A DNA stretch of 64,000 nt from an uncultured Acidobacteriaceae bacterium (GCA_963803645.1 CAWDNK010000006.1:40205-104204); one strand, 5' to 3'. Counted from the first letter of the stretch, positions 1-8,857 are shown. The notes: generated from the letters alone by a model not told the origin. Made by a program: numbers and translations.

Positions 1-209
1 CGGCATATCAGGCCGATGAAAGCAATCTCCGCGGCGGGATGATCTATCGCGTGAACCCGAAGAAGGCTCCGGGCGCCAAAGAGTCTTCGCGCATGGATTT
101 CTCGCGGCCCGATGCGAACGATGCAAACAAGCTCAATGCGATTCTCTGGCTGGACGCCAAGGGCGACGCGCCGAAACCGGTTGCGGACCATTCACATTCC
201 TCTCCTTAG
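1..209 (+). CDS. 3' end of an unidentified CDS entering from upstream of the window
   Basis: Frame is open from position 3 to TAG at 207-209 (...NKLNAILWLDAKGDAPKPVADHSHSSP*). GC3-rich like neighbouring genes. No recognisable domain. Confidence 0.3.
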   Translation, partial: AYQADESNLRGGMIYRVNPKKAPGAKESSRMDFSRPDANDANKLNAILWLDAKGDAPKPVADHSHSSP

Positions 210-227
210 GAACTAAGCTAAAATTCC

Positions 228-1181
228 TTGGTGGGATCTCCGATCGAATGTACCGACCTGCGCAAAACCTACGACGGCAAAGTAGAAGCCGTTCGCGGAA
301 TCAGTCTGCGCATTGAGACCGGCGAATGCTTTGGCCTGCTTGGCCCGAACGGTGCAGGGAAGACCACAACCATCGAAATCCTCGAGGGTCTGCTCGCGCC
401 CACTTCCGGCGAAGTTCGCATCTTTGGCCATGCATGGACCGACAATCCACGCCAGTTGCGCGAATGGATCGGTATTTCTCTACAGGAGACACGGCTGACT
501 GAGAAGCTGACCGTGCGCGAGACCATCGAACTCTTCGCCAGCTTTTACGACCAGCCGTGCTCGGCCGACGAAGTGCTCGACGAACTGCAACTGGCCGAAA
601 AGTCCGACAGTTGGGTCGGCAAACTTTCTGGCGGACAGAAGCAGCGTCTGGCGGTTGCGACGGCGCTGGTGGGCAATCCGCGAATTCTGTTTCTGGATGA
701 GCCGACCACCGGACTCGATCCGCAAAGCCGCCGGCAACTCTGGGAGATCATTCGGGTGTTTCTGAAGAAAGGCGGAACTGTTCTGCTCACGACCCACTAT
801 ATGGACGAGGCTGAGCGGCTTTGCGATCGGCTTGCTATTGTGGATCGCGGCGTAATCATCGCGGAAGGAACGCCTGCCGATCTCATCGAGCGGCTGGGCG
901 GACATCATGTGGTGGAGTTTCAGGCTAGCGGATCGAATGGCGACGGGGCGAGTTCTGGGACGGGCAACGTCGACGAGTGGCGTGCACTGCCTGGAGTTGA
1001 GTCGGTTCGCCTCGAGGATTCGACGCTCTGCCTGACAGTGCGTGAACCGCATCTCACGATTCCGGCGCTGCTCGATGCGCTGAATAGCCGCGGACATCGA
1101 CTAGACCACCTGAGCACGCGGCAGGCTAGTCTGGAAGACGTATTTGTTCGGCTTACCGGACGTCATCTGAGAGAGGAATAA
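228..1181 (+). CDS. ABC transporter ATP-binding protein (ABC-2/DrrA-like exporter ATPase)
   Basis: Walker A GPNGAGKTT, ABC signature LSGGQKQRL, Walker B ILFLDEPTTGLD, H-loop TTHYM. TTG (228) or GTG (231) start. Confidence 0.9.
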   Translation: MVGSPIECTDLRKTYDGKVEAVRGISLRIETGECFGLLGPNGAGKTTTIEILEGLLAPTSGEVRIFGHAWTDNPRQLREWIGISLQETRLTEKLTVRETIELFASFYDQPCSADEVLDELQLAEKSDSWVGKLSGGQKQRLAVATALVGNPRILFLDEPTTGLDPQSRRQLWEIIRVFLKKGGTVLLTTHYMDEAERLCDRLAIVDRGVIIAEGTPADLIERLGGHHVVEFQASGSNGDGASSGTGNVDEWRALPGVESVRLEDSTLCLTVREPHLTIPALLDALNSRGHRLDHLSTRQASLEDVFVRLTGRHLREE

Positions 1182-2336
1182 ATGGCCACCGAAATCACCA
1201 CGCCCAATCCTCACGCGACTCCGCCCGGCGCAACTTCACTGGGCACAAGGCCGGGGCAGGGTTCGCCTGAGAAGGTGCGCGCAGCGGGGCGGTGGTCTGC
1301 CTATCGGCATCTGCTTTGGGTTCGGCTTTTGGAACTCAAGCGCGAGCCAGAAATTATCTTCTGGGTTTTCGGATTTCCGCTGCTGCTTTCACTCGGCCTC
1401 GGCATTGCGTTCCGCAATAAGCCTGCCGACCAGGTTCCGGTGGCGGTCGTCGCTGGGCCACACGCCGATGAGACTGTGGCGCAATTAGGTGGTTCGGGCG
1501 ACAAACGCTCCCCGCTGCGGGTGGTAGTGGTAGAACGTGAAGCCGCGCTGAAAGCATTTCATTTCGGCAAATTCGATGTCGTGGTGGAACAGAAACCCGA
1601 CGGCACCTACTGGTTCTACTACGATCCCGCGCGGCCGGAGAGCGAACATGCGCGAGTGCTGGCCGACGATACGCTGGAAGCGTCCGTCGGGCGAGCGGAC
1701 AAACTTCAGGTGGTGAACTCCGCATCGAGCGCGCCGGGCTCGCGTTACATCGACTTTCTGATTCCCGGATTGATTGGCATGAGCCTGATGAACTCCGGAA
1801 TGTGGGGAGTAGGGTTTTCGCTGGTCGATATGCGGCAGCGCAAACTGCTGAAGCGCTTCGTGGCGACTCCCATGCGGCGCAGCGATTTCTTGTTGGCCGT
1901 GATGAGCAGCCGCCTGGTGCTGATGGTGATCGAAGTCGGTTTGCTGCTCGCGTTCGGCATGCTGGTGTTTCATATGCCGGTCGCAGGATCGTTCATCACG
2001 CTCGCTTTGGTGGGTTCGATCGCGGCGATAGCTTTTGGAGGTCTTGGTCTCTTGGCGGCGTGCCGAGCGCAGAAAGTTGAGAGCGCGAGCGGATTGATCA
2101 ATCTGGTCATGATGCCGATGTGGATTTTCTCCGGCGTCTTTTTCTCATACGAACATTTCCCAGCAATGGCACAACCATTCATCAAAGCGCTTCCGCTAAC
2201 CGCGCTCAACGACGCGCTGCGCGCCGTGATTCTGGAAGGAGCTTCGCTCCCGTCGCAATCTCTGCGCCTGCTGATTCTCGCGCTTTGGGGCGGAGTCTCT
2301 TTTCTGCTCGCGCTGAAGTGGTTTCGGTGGACGTAG
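1182..2336 (+). CDS. ABC-2 type transporter permease
   Basis: ATG directly abuts the ATPase stop (TAAATG). One N-terminal TM helix, a large loop, then a cluster of about 5 TM helices, as in ABC-2 permeases. Confidence 0.8.
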   Translation: MATEITTPNPHATPPGATSLGTRPGQGSPEKVRAAGRWSAYRHLLWVRLLELKREPEIIFWVFGFPLLLSLGLGIAFRNKPADQVPVAVVAGPHADETVAQLGGSGDKRSPLRVVVVEREAALKAFHFGKFDVVVEQKPDGTYWFYYDPARPESEHARVLADDTLEASVGRADKLQVVNSASSAPGSRYIDFLIPGLIGMSLMNSGMWGVGFSLVDMRQRKLLKRFVATPMRRSDFLLAVMSSRLVLMVIEVGLLLAFGMLVFHMPVAGSFITLALVGSIAAIAFGGLGLLAACRAQKVESASGLINLVMMPMWIFSGVFFSYEHFPAMAQPFIKALPLTALNDALRAVILEGASLPSQSLRLLILALWGGVSFLLALKWFRWT

Positions 2337-2389
2337 AGAATCTGCCGTAGGCCAGTGGTCGCACCGCGGTATTCGGTCCCGCGAAAATC

Positions 2390-3676
2390 CTACGCCTTTG
2401 ATTTCTTCCTGAACTCGTCGAAGGCTTCCAGAAAACGGTTGATATCCTCTTTCGATAAATAGTACGGCGTCGAAAGGCGCAGCTTGTTTGGCTCGCCTCC
2501 GCGGATGCGAATCTTCTTTTCTTTCCAGAGCCAGTTTTCGAGTTCCATGCGCGGGACAGGCGGGACGTTGACGGTCGCGATCGCGCAGCGGAGGGCTGCG
2601 TCGGGCGAGCTCCAGGATTCGGCTCCGCGTTTGATCATGGCGCTGAGAATGTAGTCGCAGAGCTGGCGATGGCGGCGCTCGATGCGGTCGATGCCGATGT
2701 CGCTGGCGAGTTGAACGGACGCGCGCAGGCCCCAGAGCGCGGGGACGTTCGAGCTGCCGATGCGCTGGAAGCGCTCGGCGCGGAGTTTGGGATCGTCCCA
2801 GCCTTCGGTGGCGAGAGTGTTCCAGAGACGATCGATGACTTCGTCGCGCACATAGAGGAAACCGGAACCTTTGGTCGCTTGCAGCCATTTGTGCGGGCTG
2901 GAGGAATACATGTCGCAGCCGAGGTCGTGCAGGTCGAGGCGCATCATTCCGGTGACGTGCGCGCCGTCGACCGCGGAAAGAATATTTTTGCTGCGGGCGA
3001 GCGCGCAGATTTCCCTGGCGGGCAGGACGACTCCGGTCACGGTTGTGATGTGGCTGAAGAAAATGACGCGGGTTCGCGGCGTGATCGCGTGATTGAAGAG
3101 TTCGAGAACCTGTGCGGGATTGATGACCGGCTTGGGTAGAACGATTTTCTTGACGACGATGCCATAGCGTTTGGCGCGGAGATCCCACGGGTGCTCGCCT
3201 CCGGGATGCTCCTGATCGGTGATCAGGACCTCGTCGCCGGCCTTGAGGTCGACGCCGTTGGCGATGTAGCTATTAGCTTCGGTGGCATTACGTAGAAGGG
3301 CTATCTCGTCGCGGTTGCAGCCCACAAAGGCGGCCAGTGGATCGCGGAACTCGTTCCAAGCGGCATAGCCCCAGATCGGGTAGTCCTCGGGATCGGCCTG
3401 GTTCATCTTTTCGGTCGTTTCGTAAGCTTCGAAGATGGCCCGGAGAACGGGTGCCGGGCTGGATCCCACCGTGCCGTTATTGAGGTAGATCTCGTCGGCC
3501 GGAATGAGAAATTGCTTGCGGAGCTCACGCCAATAGGCGTCTTCGTCGTGCTCATAGAGCGTGTGATCTGGGATGTGCGAGGGTAGGGATTCGAGCTGCG
3601 CCCAGACGTTCCCACGCCAGCCGAGCGTGGCGGTGGCGGCCAGGGATGACGACAGAAAATTGCGGCGGTTGAGCAT
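2390..3676 (-). CDS. Class V aminotransferase-fold PLP enzyme (cysteine desulfurase / isopenicillin-N-epimerase-like) with twin-arginine signal peptide
   Basis: N-terminus MLNRRNFLSSSLAATATLGWRGNVWA has an RRxFL Tat motif. The body has the class V aminotransferase layout (...SSSPHKWL... Lys motif). Confidence 0.75.
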   Translation of the reverse strand: MLNRRNFLSSSLAATATLGWRGNVWAQLESLPSHIPDHTLYEHDEDAYWRELRKQFLIPADEIYLNNGTVGSSPAPVLRAIFEAYETTEKMNQADPEDYPIWGYAAWNEFRDPLAAFVGCNRDEIALLRNATEANSYIANGVDLKAGDEVLITDQEHPGGEHPWDLRAKRYGIVVKKIVLPKPVINPAQVLELFNHAITPRTRVIFFSHITTVTGVVLPAREICALARSKNILSAVDGAHVTGMMRLDLHDLGCDMYSSSPHKWLQATKGSGFLYVRDEVIDRLWNTLATEGWDDPKLRAERFQRIGSSNVPALWGLRASVQLASDIGIDRIERRHRQLCDYILSAMIKRGAESWSSPDAALRCAIATVNVPPVPRMELENWLWKEKKIRIRGGEPNKLRLSTPYYLSKEDINRFLEAFDEFRKKSKA

Positions 3677-3882
3677 GCGGGCCTCTTCCTACTGACTTTG
3701 CGAAACGGGCCATAGTAACATCGGGCCGAGGCAGGTGGAAGGCAGCCCGAGGACGAGCACCCCAGAGATCAATCTGCCCAAGTCGGTTTGGGCGTCCGGG
3801 CACAAAATAACTGGTAACGCTAATCCCTGTGGGAGCGTCCAACTAAGTGGGAAATTCCGTCAATCCCGGCTCCTGATCGGGG

Positions 3883-3888
3883 TATAAT
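3883..3888 (+). promoter_or_regulatory. Candidate -10 box (TATAAT) upstream of the M48 peptidase gene
   Basis: Perfect TATAAT lies 48 nt upstream of ATG 3936 in a divergent intergenic region. No good -35 was seen. Confidence 0.3.
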
Positions 3889-3935
3889 CGATTCAACGCT
3901 TCGTCGCAACGGATCTGTTTCCCGCGGGGTGTAAA

Positions 3936-5294
3936 ATGTCGTATCGTAAAGCGCTGATTTCCCTGAGTTTACTGCTCCTGACGGCAAGCCTGGTCGGAGC
4001 GCAAGATCAAAACTCACAAAGTCCAAGTTCACCGGCGCCCACCGCGTCGGCTCCGGCCTCGACGCCAACTGCGCCTTCGACCTCGACATCCGGTTCATCG
4101 ACAACGAATCAAACGAATCAGACCAGCAAGGAAGGCAAAGATCAGACCAGCGTGAGCCCGGCGGGGCAGACGTCTTCGTCTTCGACACCGGCAGCTTCGT
4201 CGCCAACTGCTTCGACGCCATCGGGCACCACGCCGACTCCGCCGGCGACGGATACGTCAGACACGCCGGCCGCGCCGGATTCTTCGGACACGAAGGACAC
4301 ATCTGTGAATCCGCCCGCAACGCAGGAGCCGGATCCCAGCCAGGTGAAGCATACTGGGGGCAGGGACGACGTGGACGCGATCGGCAACCGCAAGGTCGGC
4401 GGCCGTGGCTTGGGCGACTGGTATTCGCTCGAAACCGAGATCAAAGTGGGCAAGCAGTATGCAATGCAGGTCGACAATAGCGTGAAGATGGTGCAGGACC
4501 CAGTGGTGAACGAGTACGTAAACCGCATCGGGCAGAATCTGGTCCGGAACTCGGATGCGCAGGTGCCGTTCACGATCAAGGTTATCGACTCGGACGAGGT
4601 AAACGCGTTTGCGTTGCCGGGCGGATTCTTCTACGTAAATTCGGGCTTGATTCTGGCGGCCGACGAAGAGGCGGAACTGGCGGGCGTGATGGCGCATGAG
4701 ATTGCGCACGTTTGCGCGCGCCACGCGATGCGGCAGATGACGCGCGCGAACTGGGCGAATATCGGGACGCTTCCGCTGATTTTTGTAGGCGGCGGGATCG
4801 GATATGCGGTTTATGAAGCGGCCGGGCTGGGGCTGCCGCTGACGTTCATGAAGTTCCAGCGAAACTTCGAGGCAGAGGCCGACTATCTCGGCTTGCAGTA
4901 TATGTACAAGACCGGCTACGACCCGCAGGCCTTCATCAGCTTCTTCGAAAAAATTCAAGCCAAAGAGAAGAAGAAGCCGGGCACGCTGGCCAAGGCGTTC
5001 GCATCGCATCCCCAGACGCCCGACCGGATTGAGGAGTCGCAGAAGGAAATCGCGACCATCCTGCCGGCCAAGACTCAGTACATTGTTTCGACCTCGGAGT
5101 TCGACGACGTGAAGTCGCGGCTGGCGCAGATCGAGAATCGGCACAAGGTGCTCGATCAGAAGGAAGGCAACAAGCCCACGCTGCGCCGGACGTCGAACAC
5201 GGACAAATCAGACGGATCAGGCCAGGGAACCTCCGATGACGATCGGCCCACGCTGAAGCGCCGGCCGGACAGCGATGACGGAACGCAGAATTAG
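3936..5294 (+). CDS. M48 family zinc metallopeptidase (BepA/Ste24-like), secreted, with S/T/P-rich N-terminal linker
   Basis: HExxH motif in MAHEIAHVCARH. Signal peptide MSYRKALISLSLLLLTASLVGAQ. About 110 aa of S/T/P low-complexity sequence. Confidence 0.85.
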   Translation: MSYRKALISLSLLLLTASLVGAQDQNSQSPSSPAPTASAPASTPTAPSTSTSGSSTTNQTNQTSKEGKDQTSVSPAGQTSSSSTPAASSPTASTPSGTTPTPPATDTSDTPAAPDSSDTKDTSVNPPATQEPDPSQVKHTGGRDDVDAIGNRKVGGRGLGDWYSLETEIKVGKQYAMQVDNSVKMVQDPVVNEYVNRIGQNLVRNSDAQVPFTIKVIDSDEVNAFALPGGFFYVNSGLILAADEEAELAGVMAHEIAHVCARHAMRQMTRANWANIGTLPLIFVGGGIGYAVYEAAGLGLPLTFMKFQRNFEAEADYLGLQYMYKTGYDPQAFISFFEKIQAKEKKKPGTLAKAFASHPQTPDRIEESQKEIATILPAKTQYIVSTSEFDDVKSRLAQIENRHKVLDQKEGNKPTLRRTSNTDKSDGSGQGTSDDDRPTLKRRPDSDDGTQN

Positions 5295-5320
5295 GGATCG
5301 CTCGAAGAGAGATCGATCGA

Positions 5321-5362
5321 AAAAAAGTTAACCAGCAGGTTACGAGCCTGCTGGTTTTTTAT
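5321..5362. terminator. Bidirectional rho-independent terminator between convergent genes
   Basis: Stem AACCAGCAGG (5330-5339) pairs with CCTGCTGGTT (5347-5356) around a 7-nt loop. An A-run lies upstream and a T-run downstream. Confidence 0.8.
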
Positions 5363-5403
5363 TGTGCGATGAAAAGCGCGGCTCTCCGGGCTGTCGACCG
5401 TCC

Positions 5404-5742
5404 TTACGATCCGGCCGCGACTGATTTGACCGTGATTGTGTCGCCGTCCACTTCTCCTGTCACCTTGGCCTTGGCTCCAGCCAGCTTATCCAGTTGATCG
5501 AGAGCCTTCTGGTCGGTCGTAGCCAGCGTATAAACCTTACCACCGACGACGAGGGCGTAATTCGAGCCGTGTTTGACGCAGGCTCGCGTGCACTCGGACG
5601 CCGCGCCAGGCATTTGATGTTTCGCGCCGCACATGGCGTCGCTGACCTCACCGGTCATGGTTTTGGTCTTACCGGCGGCGAGGGAAGGGAGTGTGGCGAT
5701 GGCCAGCACCAGAATTGCGGTCAGAATTCGCTGAAGCTTCAT
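5404..5742 (-). CDS. Small secreted Cys-containing protein of unknown function
   Basis: SD AAGGAGA lies 7 nt upstream of the ATG. Signal peptide MKLQRILTAILVLAIATLPSLAAG. Three Cys plus His/Met in CGAKHQMPGAASECTRACVKHG. Confidence 0.7.
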   Translation of the reverse strand: MKLQRILTAILVLAIATLPSLAAGKTKTMTGEVSDAMCGAKHQMPGAASECTRACVKHGSNYALVVGGKVYTLATTDQKALDQLDKLAGAKAKVTGEVDGDTITVKSVAAGS

Positions 5743-5764
5743 GAGGCGTTCTCCTTGAAAATCA

Positions 5765-7213
5765 TTATTGCACTTTGAATTGAATGGTTACATCGACCAG
5801 CTTTTCTTTTTTATCCAACTCCTCGTTTACGCTGGCGGAAAACCGCAGGCCTCGCGGCAGAAGGCCCGGGGCATTGTCGAGGAACTGGCGGGTATATTCG
5901 GCGTTGTAGGGTCGGCCTTCGCGCAATTTCCAGGCATCATGCAGACGATCTTTGGAGGGCGTGTCGACGCCAACGATCTCGAGCGTGCCCATCTTATAGA
6001 GATCGCCCTCGGTGACGTTAATGTCGTAGTGAACCTCGCCTTTCTCATCGTCGAGTTGTGCGTCAGGCTTGATCTGGGCTGTCATGTAGCCATTGCTGCG
6101 GTAGAGCTTAGTCAGGCTATCCTGGTCGTTGGTGAGGCGTACGGCGTCCGCCGGACGGCCGACCTCGAGATGGAAAACGCGCGAGGCTTCGTCGGTTGTG
6201 ACCGCGGAATTCCCCTTCCAGGTAACTCCCGAAACTGAATACACTTTGCCGGGAACTACTGGCAGGTTGACGTCGACTTCGATGTCATTGGCGTTTGTGT
6301 CGTCGGTCTGGGGCGCGGCCGTGTTTGAGTCATTACTTTTCGTGTCGGTCGTCGCTGTGTCGGTCTTATTGTCGTTCGCCTTGCCTTCCGCTCCGCTCAC
6401 TACGTGCGCTTCCGATGGCCCGAATGCTGCTTTCAAATACCCGCGTTGCAGGTACAGCGGCAGCAGGTCGAATTGGGCAACAGCGGCCAGTTTTGAGCGG
6501 AAATAATCCGCGTCCGTTAGTTGGTGCGCGGCCGCTGTAAGAAAAACGGCCTGCTCGGGCGAGGCTCCGGGAAATTGCACGTTGCGGATGTGGATGCTGA
6601 CTTCCTCGACCCGGTACTCGATACCGGTAAACTCACCGCCCTCTTGTGTCGACTGGCGCAAGAAAGAAACGCGGCCGGGAAGATGCCTCTCGATGAGAAG
6701 CGCTTGTAGCGCGTCATTTACGCGGTCCGCCAATCGGCCCGAGTCTGGCAGCAGCGAATCTTTGAAGAGGGGAACGCGCTCCTCCAGGGCCGTGCGCAAC
6801 TCAGTGTCAGTGAACCAGACAAAGTTTTCAAAGTGTGCCGGGAGAAGCTTGAGCTTGTCGTTGTCGGCAAGATGGAATTCAACTTTGACGCCGGCGCCGG
6901 AAAATGAGAACGAATACACAACGGTCGAGAAGAGGCCAGACTGCCCAAGGCGCTCGGCGGCCTCTTTGAAGTCGCCGTCCGCGGCGTCCTGGCCGAGGCG
7001 CAATCCGCTCGCGCCCAGAATTTCCTTGTCGGTGTAGCGCGTGCTTCCGGAGGTTTTCACCGCGATCAGTTTATAGGCATTCGATGGCGAGGTTTTGGCG
7101 TTAGAGGCACGCTTTTGAGCCTCCGCCCTCGGCAGAATAAAGCCCGACAGAAGAATGAAACATAGGATTAGGGCGAGGACGAACGGCTTCGATCGATGGA
7201 ACGCCTGTTTCAT
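5765..7213 (-). CDS. Secreted multi-POTRA-domain protein without a beta-barrel (BamA N-terminal-like)
   Basis: Signal peptide present. Repeated POTRA-like segments (e.g. ...LTKLYRSNGYMTAQIKPDAQLDDEKGEVHYDINVTEGDLYKMGTLEIVG...). T/D/N-rich linker. The ORF ends after the last POTRA-like unit. Confidence 0.6.
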   Translation of the reverse strand: MKQAFHRSKPFVLALILCFILLSGFILPRAEAQKRASNAKTSPSNAYKLIAVKTSGSTRYTDKEILGASGLRLGQDAADGDFKEAAERLGQSGLFSTVVYSFSFSGAGVKVEFHLADNDKLKLLPAHFENFVWFTDTELRTALEERVPLFKDSLLPDSGRLADRVNDALQALLIERHLPGRVSFLRQSTQEGGEFTGIEYRVEEVSIHIRNVQFPGASPEQAVFLTAAAHQLTDADYFRSKLAAVAQFDLLPLYLQRGYLKAAFGPSEAHVVSGAEGKANDNKTDTATTDTKSNDSNTAAPQTDDTNANDIEVDVNLPVVPGKVYSVSGVTWKGNSAVTTDEASRVFHLEVGRPADAVRLTNDQDSLTKLYRSNGYMTAQIKPDAQLDDEKGEVHYDINVTEGDLYKMGTLEIVGVDTPSKDRLHDAWKLREGRPYNAEYTRQFLDNAPGLLPRGLRFSASVNEELDKKEKLVDVTIQFKVQ

Positions 7214-8124
7214 CGGGTGCGTTTGGGGACCGCCACGGGAGTGAAATTGTTCTGGTTCAAGGCAATATCCATGAAGGCGCGGGCGGCGCGGCTTAGCGAT
7301 TTGTCTTTGCGAAAAACCAGGGCAAGGTCGCGGCGAATTTGAACATCGCCGAGGTTGAGGGCGACGAGCGCTTTGGCGCGAATGTCTTCTTCAATATTGG
7401 AGCGCGCAATGAAGCCGACGCCGACGCCGGCCGCGACGAAGCGCTTGAGCAGTTCGCTGGAATCGAGCTCCATGGCCAGGTTTGGCTTCACATGATGATC
7501 ATAAAACAGCGCGTCGAGCGCGTCGCGAGTGTGGCCGAGTTTCGGAAGGACGAGCGGATAGGAGGCGATCTCGGTGACAGTTACGTTTTTTTTGCCCGCG
7601 AGCGGATGTTTGGGCGCGGTGATGGCGACAAGATGGTCGCGATGAATCATCTGCGCAGCCAGGCGGTTGTCATTCACGGGCAGCGAGACGAAACCGAAGT
7701 CGACTGCATTTTCGAGAATGGATTCGAGAATCTTTGCGTAATCGGAACGCTTGACGCTGACGGCGACGCTTGGATAATCGCGTTTGAACTGGGCAAACAC
7801 CTCAGGCAGGATGTGAAGGCAAGTGCCTTCGTTGGCACCGACCACAATCTCGCCGCGAGGTACGCGTTCAGTCTCCGCAATTTCGGTGAGGATGGTTTTG
7901 CGGTGCTCGATCGTCTCCTCGGCGTACTTGAAAAACAACTTGCCCGCGGCAGTGACGGAAACCCGTCCGCCCGAGCGGTCGAGCAGGCGCGCGCCCACTT
8001 CTTCTTCAAGCGCGCGGATTTGCGATGAGATCGCTGGCTGCGTGCGAAAACGCTTCTCCGCCGCGCGCGAGAAACTGGAAAGACGCGCCACTTCCAGGAA
8101 AATTTCGAGCTGATCAAAATCCAT
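7210..8124 (-). CDS. LysR family transcriptional regulator
   Basis: N-terminal wHTH FSRAAEKRFRTQPAISSQIRALEEEVG followed by a LysR substrate-binding domain layout. The stop overlaps the next gene's ATG (ATGA). Confidence 0.9.
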   Translation of the reverse strand: MDFDQLEIFLEVARLSSFSRAAEKRFRTQPAISSQIRALEEEVGARLLDRSGGRVSVTAAGKLFFKYAEETIEHRKTILTEIAETERVPRGEIVVGANEGTCLHILPEVFAQFKRDYPSVAVSVKRSDYAKILESILENAVDFGFVSLPVNDNRLAAQMIHRDHLVAITAPKHPLAGKKNVTVTEIASYPLVLPKLGHTRDALDALFYDHHVKPNLAMELDSSELLKRFVAAGVGVGFIARSNIEEDIRAKALVALNLGDVQIRRDLALVFRKDKSLSRAARAFMDIALNQNNFTPVAVPKRTR

Positions 8125-8170
8125 GATGATTCTTCGCTCACACTATAGCGGGGTCAAGGAGATGATTCAA

Positions 8171-8566
8171 TCAGCGGTTTGCCAGGACTTTAAGGCCGGG
8201 CGTGGCGAGTAGCGTTTCGTCTGCGGTGACAAGCGTGAGGCCGAAGACCCTGGCGGAAGCGGCGAGGAAATGGTTGGCCGGATCTCCATGCGGCAGGTTG
8301 ATCGATGGTATGGCAAGCGCCACTTCGAGCGTGAGCGGGGCTTCGATAATCCGCAACTGCGCAATTGAATCCGCCACCCACGTAGGAACATCCGGATGCA
8401 CCTGGAACCGTTTCTTACGGCATAAGAGAGCTAGCTCCCAAACGCTGATCGGCGACAACCAAAGCTCATTCTCGTGGTCGGCAAGGATCTTGCTTACACG
8501 GTTGGAAAGGCGACCGGGCTGCAATGAGCTCCACAGCCAAATATGAGTATCCAGAAGGTATTTCAT
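8171..8566 (-). CDS. vapC: Type II toxin VapC (PIN domain ribonuclease)
   Basis: MKYLLDTHIWLWS... PIN signature with conserved acidic residues. ATG 8566 overlaps the antitoxin stop (ATGA). An alternative TTG start lies at 8575. Confidence 0.85.
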   Translation of the reverse strand: MKYLLDTHIWLWSSLQPGRLSNRVSKILADHENELWLSPISVWELALLCRKKRFQVHPDVPTWVADSIAQLRIIEAPLTLEVALAIPSINLPHGDPANHFLAASARVFGLTLVTADETLLATPGLKVLANR

Positions 8567-8805
8567 TTTCGCCAAGCGGCCCAGTCATCGAAACTTCCAG
8601 TAGGCCCGACGATGTCGCCCAGAATCTCGGCTGTTCCCGCCATGCAGCCGAGGCGTCTCCCATTAGATTTTGGTGGGGACGGCGGAACAACTTCGGCGAC
8701 GGGCTTACCGAAGCGGGTCACGCGAATTGGCCTGCGCGTCTTGCGGACCTCTTCCAGGATGCCCAGGCACTTAGCCTTGAACTCGGAAATGGCAATTTCC
8801 TTCAT
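8563..8805 (-). CDS. Type II antitoxin (Phd/YefM-type) partner of VapC
   Basis: 80-aa protein MKEIAISEFKAKCLGILEEVRKTRRPIRVTRFGKPVAEVVP, typical of Phd/YefM antitoxins. Lies directly upstream of, and overlaps, the PIN gene. Confidence 0.8.
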   Translation of the reverse strand: MKEIAISEFKAKCLGILEEVRKTRRPIRVTRFGKPVAEVVPPSPPKSNGRRLGCMAGTAEILGDIVGPTGSFDDWAAWRK

Positions 8806-8822
8806 GGATGAGGAAGTATACT

Positions 8823-8841
8823 ATGGTCAGAGACCATGGTC
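8823..8841 (-). promoter_or_regulatory. Palindromic candidate operator of the vapBC promoter
   Basis: ATGGTC-AGA-GACCAT palindrome (8823-8837) plus an extra GGTC. It lies 18-36 nt upstream of the antitoxin ATG, next to a TATACT -10-like box (minus strand). Confidence 0.45.
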
Positions 8842-8857
8842 AAATCTCGTACGCCCA

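Noticed and set aside
2196-3188. Long Arg/Pro-rich ORFs antisense to, or out of frame with, recognised genes. Examples: 2196-3188, 15341-16180, 17462-18268, 32555-33445, 36132-37127, 49218-50078 and 56053-56742.
   Set aside because: They fully overlap CDS that carry clear catalytic motifs. Their compositions (R/A/G/P-rich) are typical of shadow frames in high-GC DNA. They have no SD and no domain signatures.
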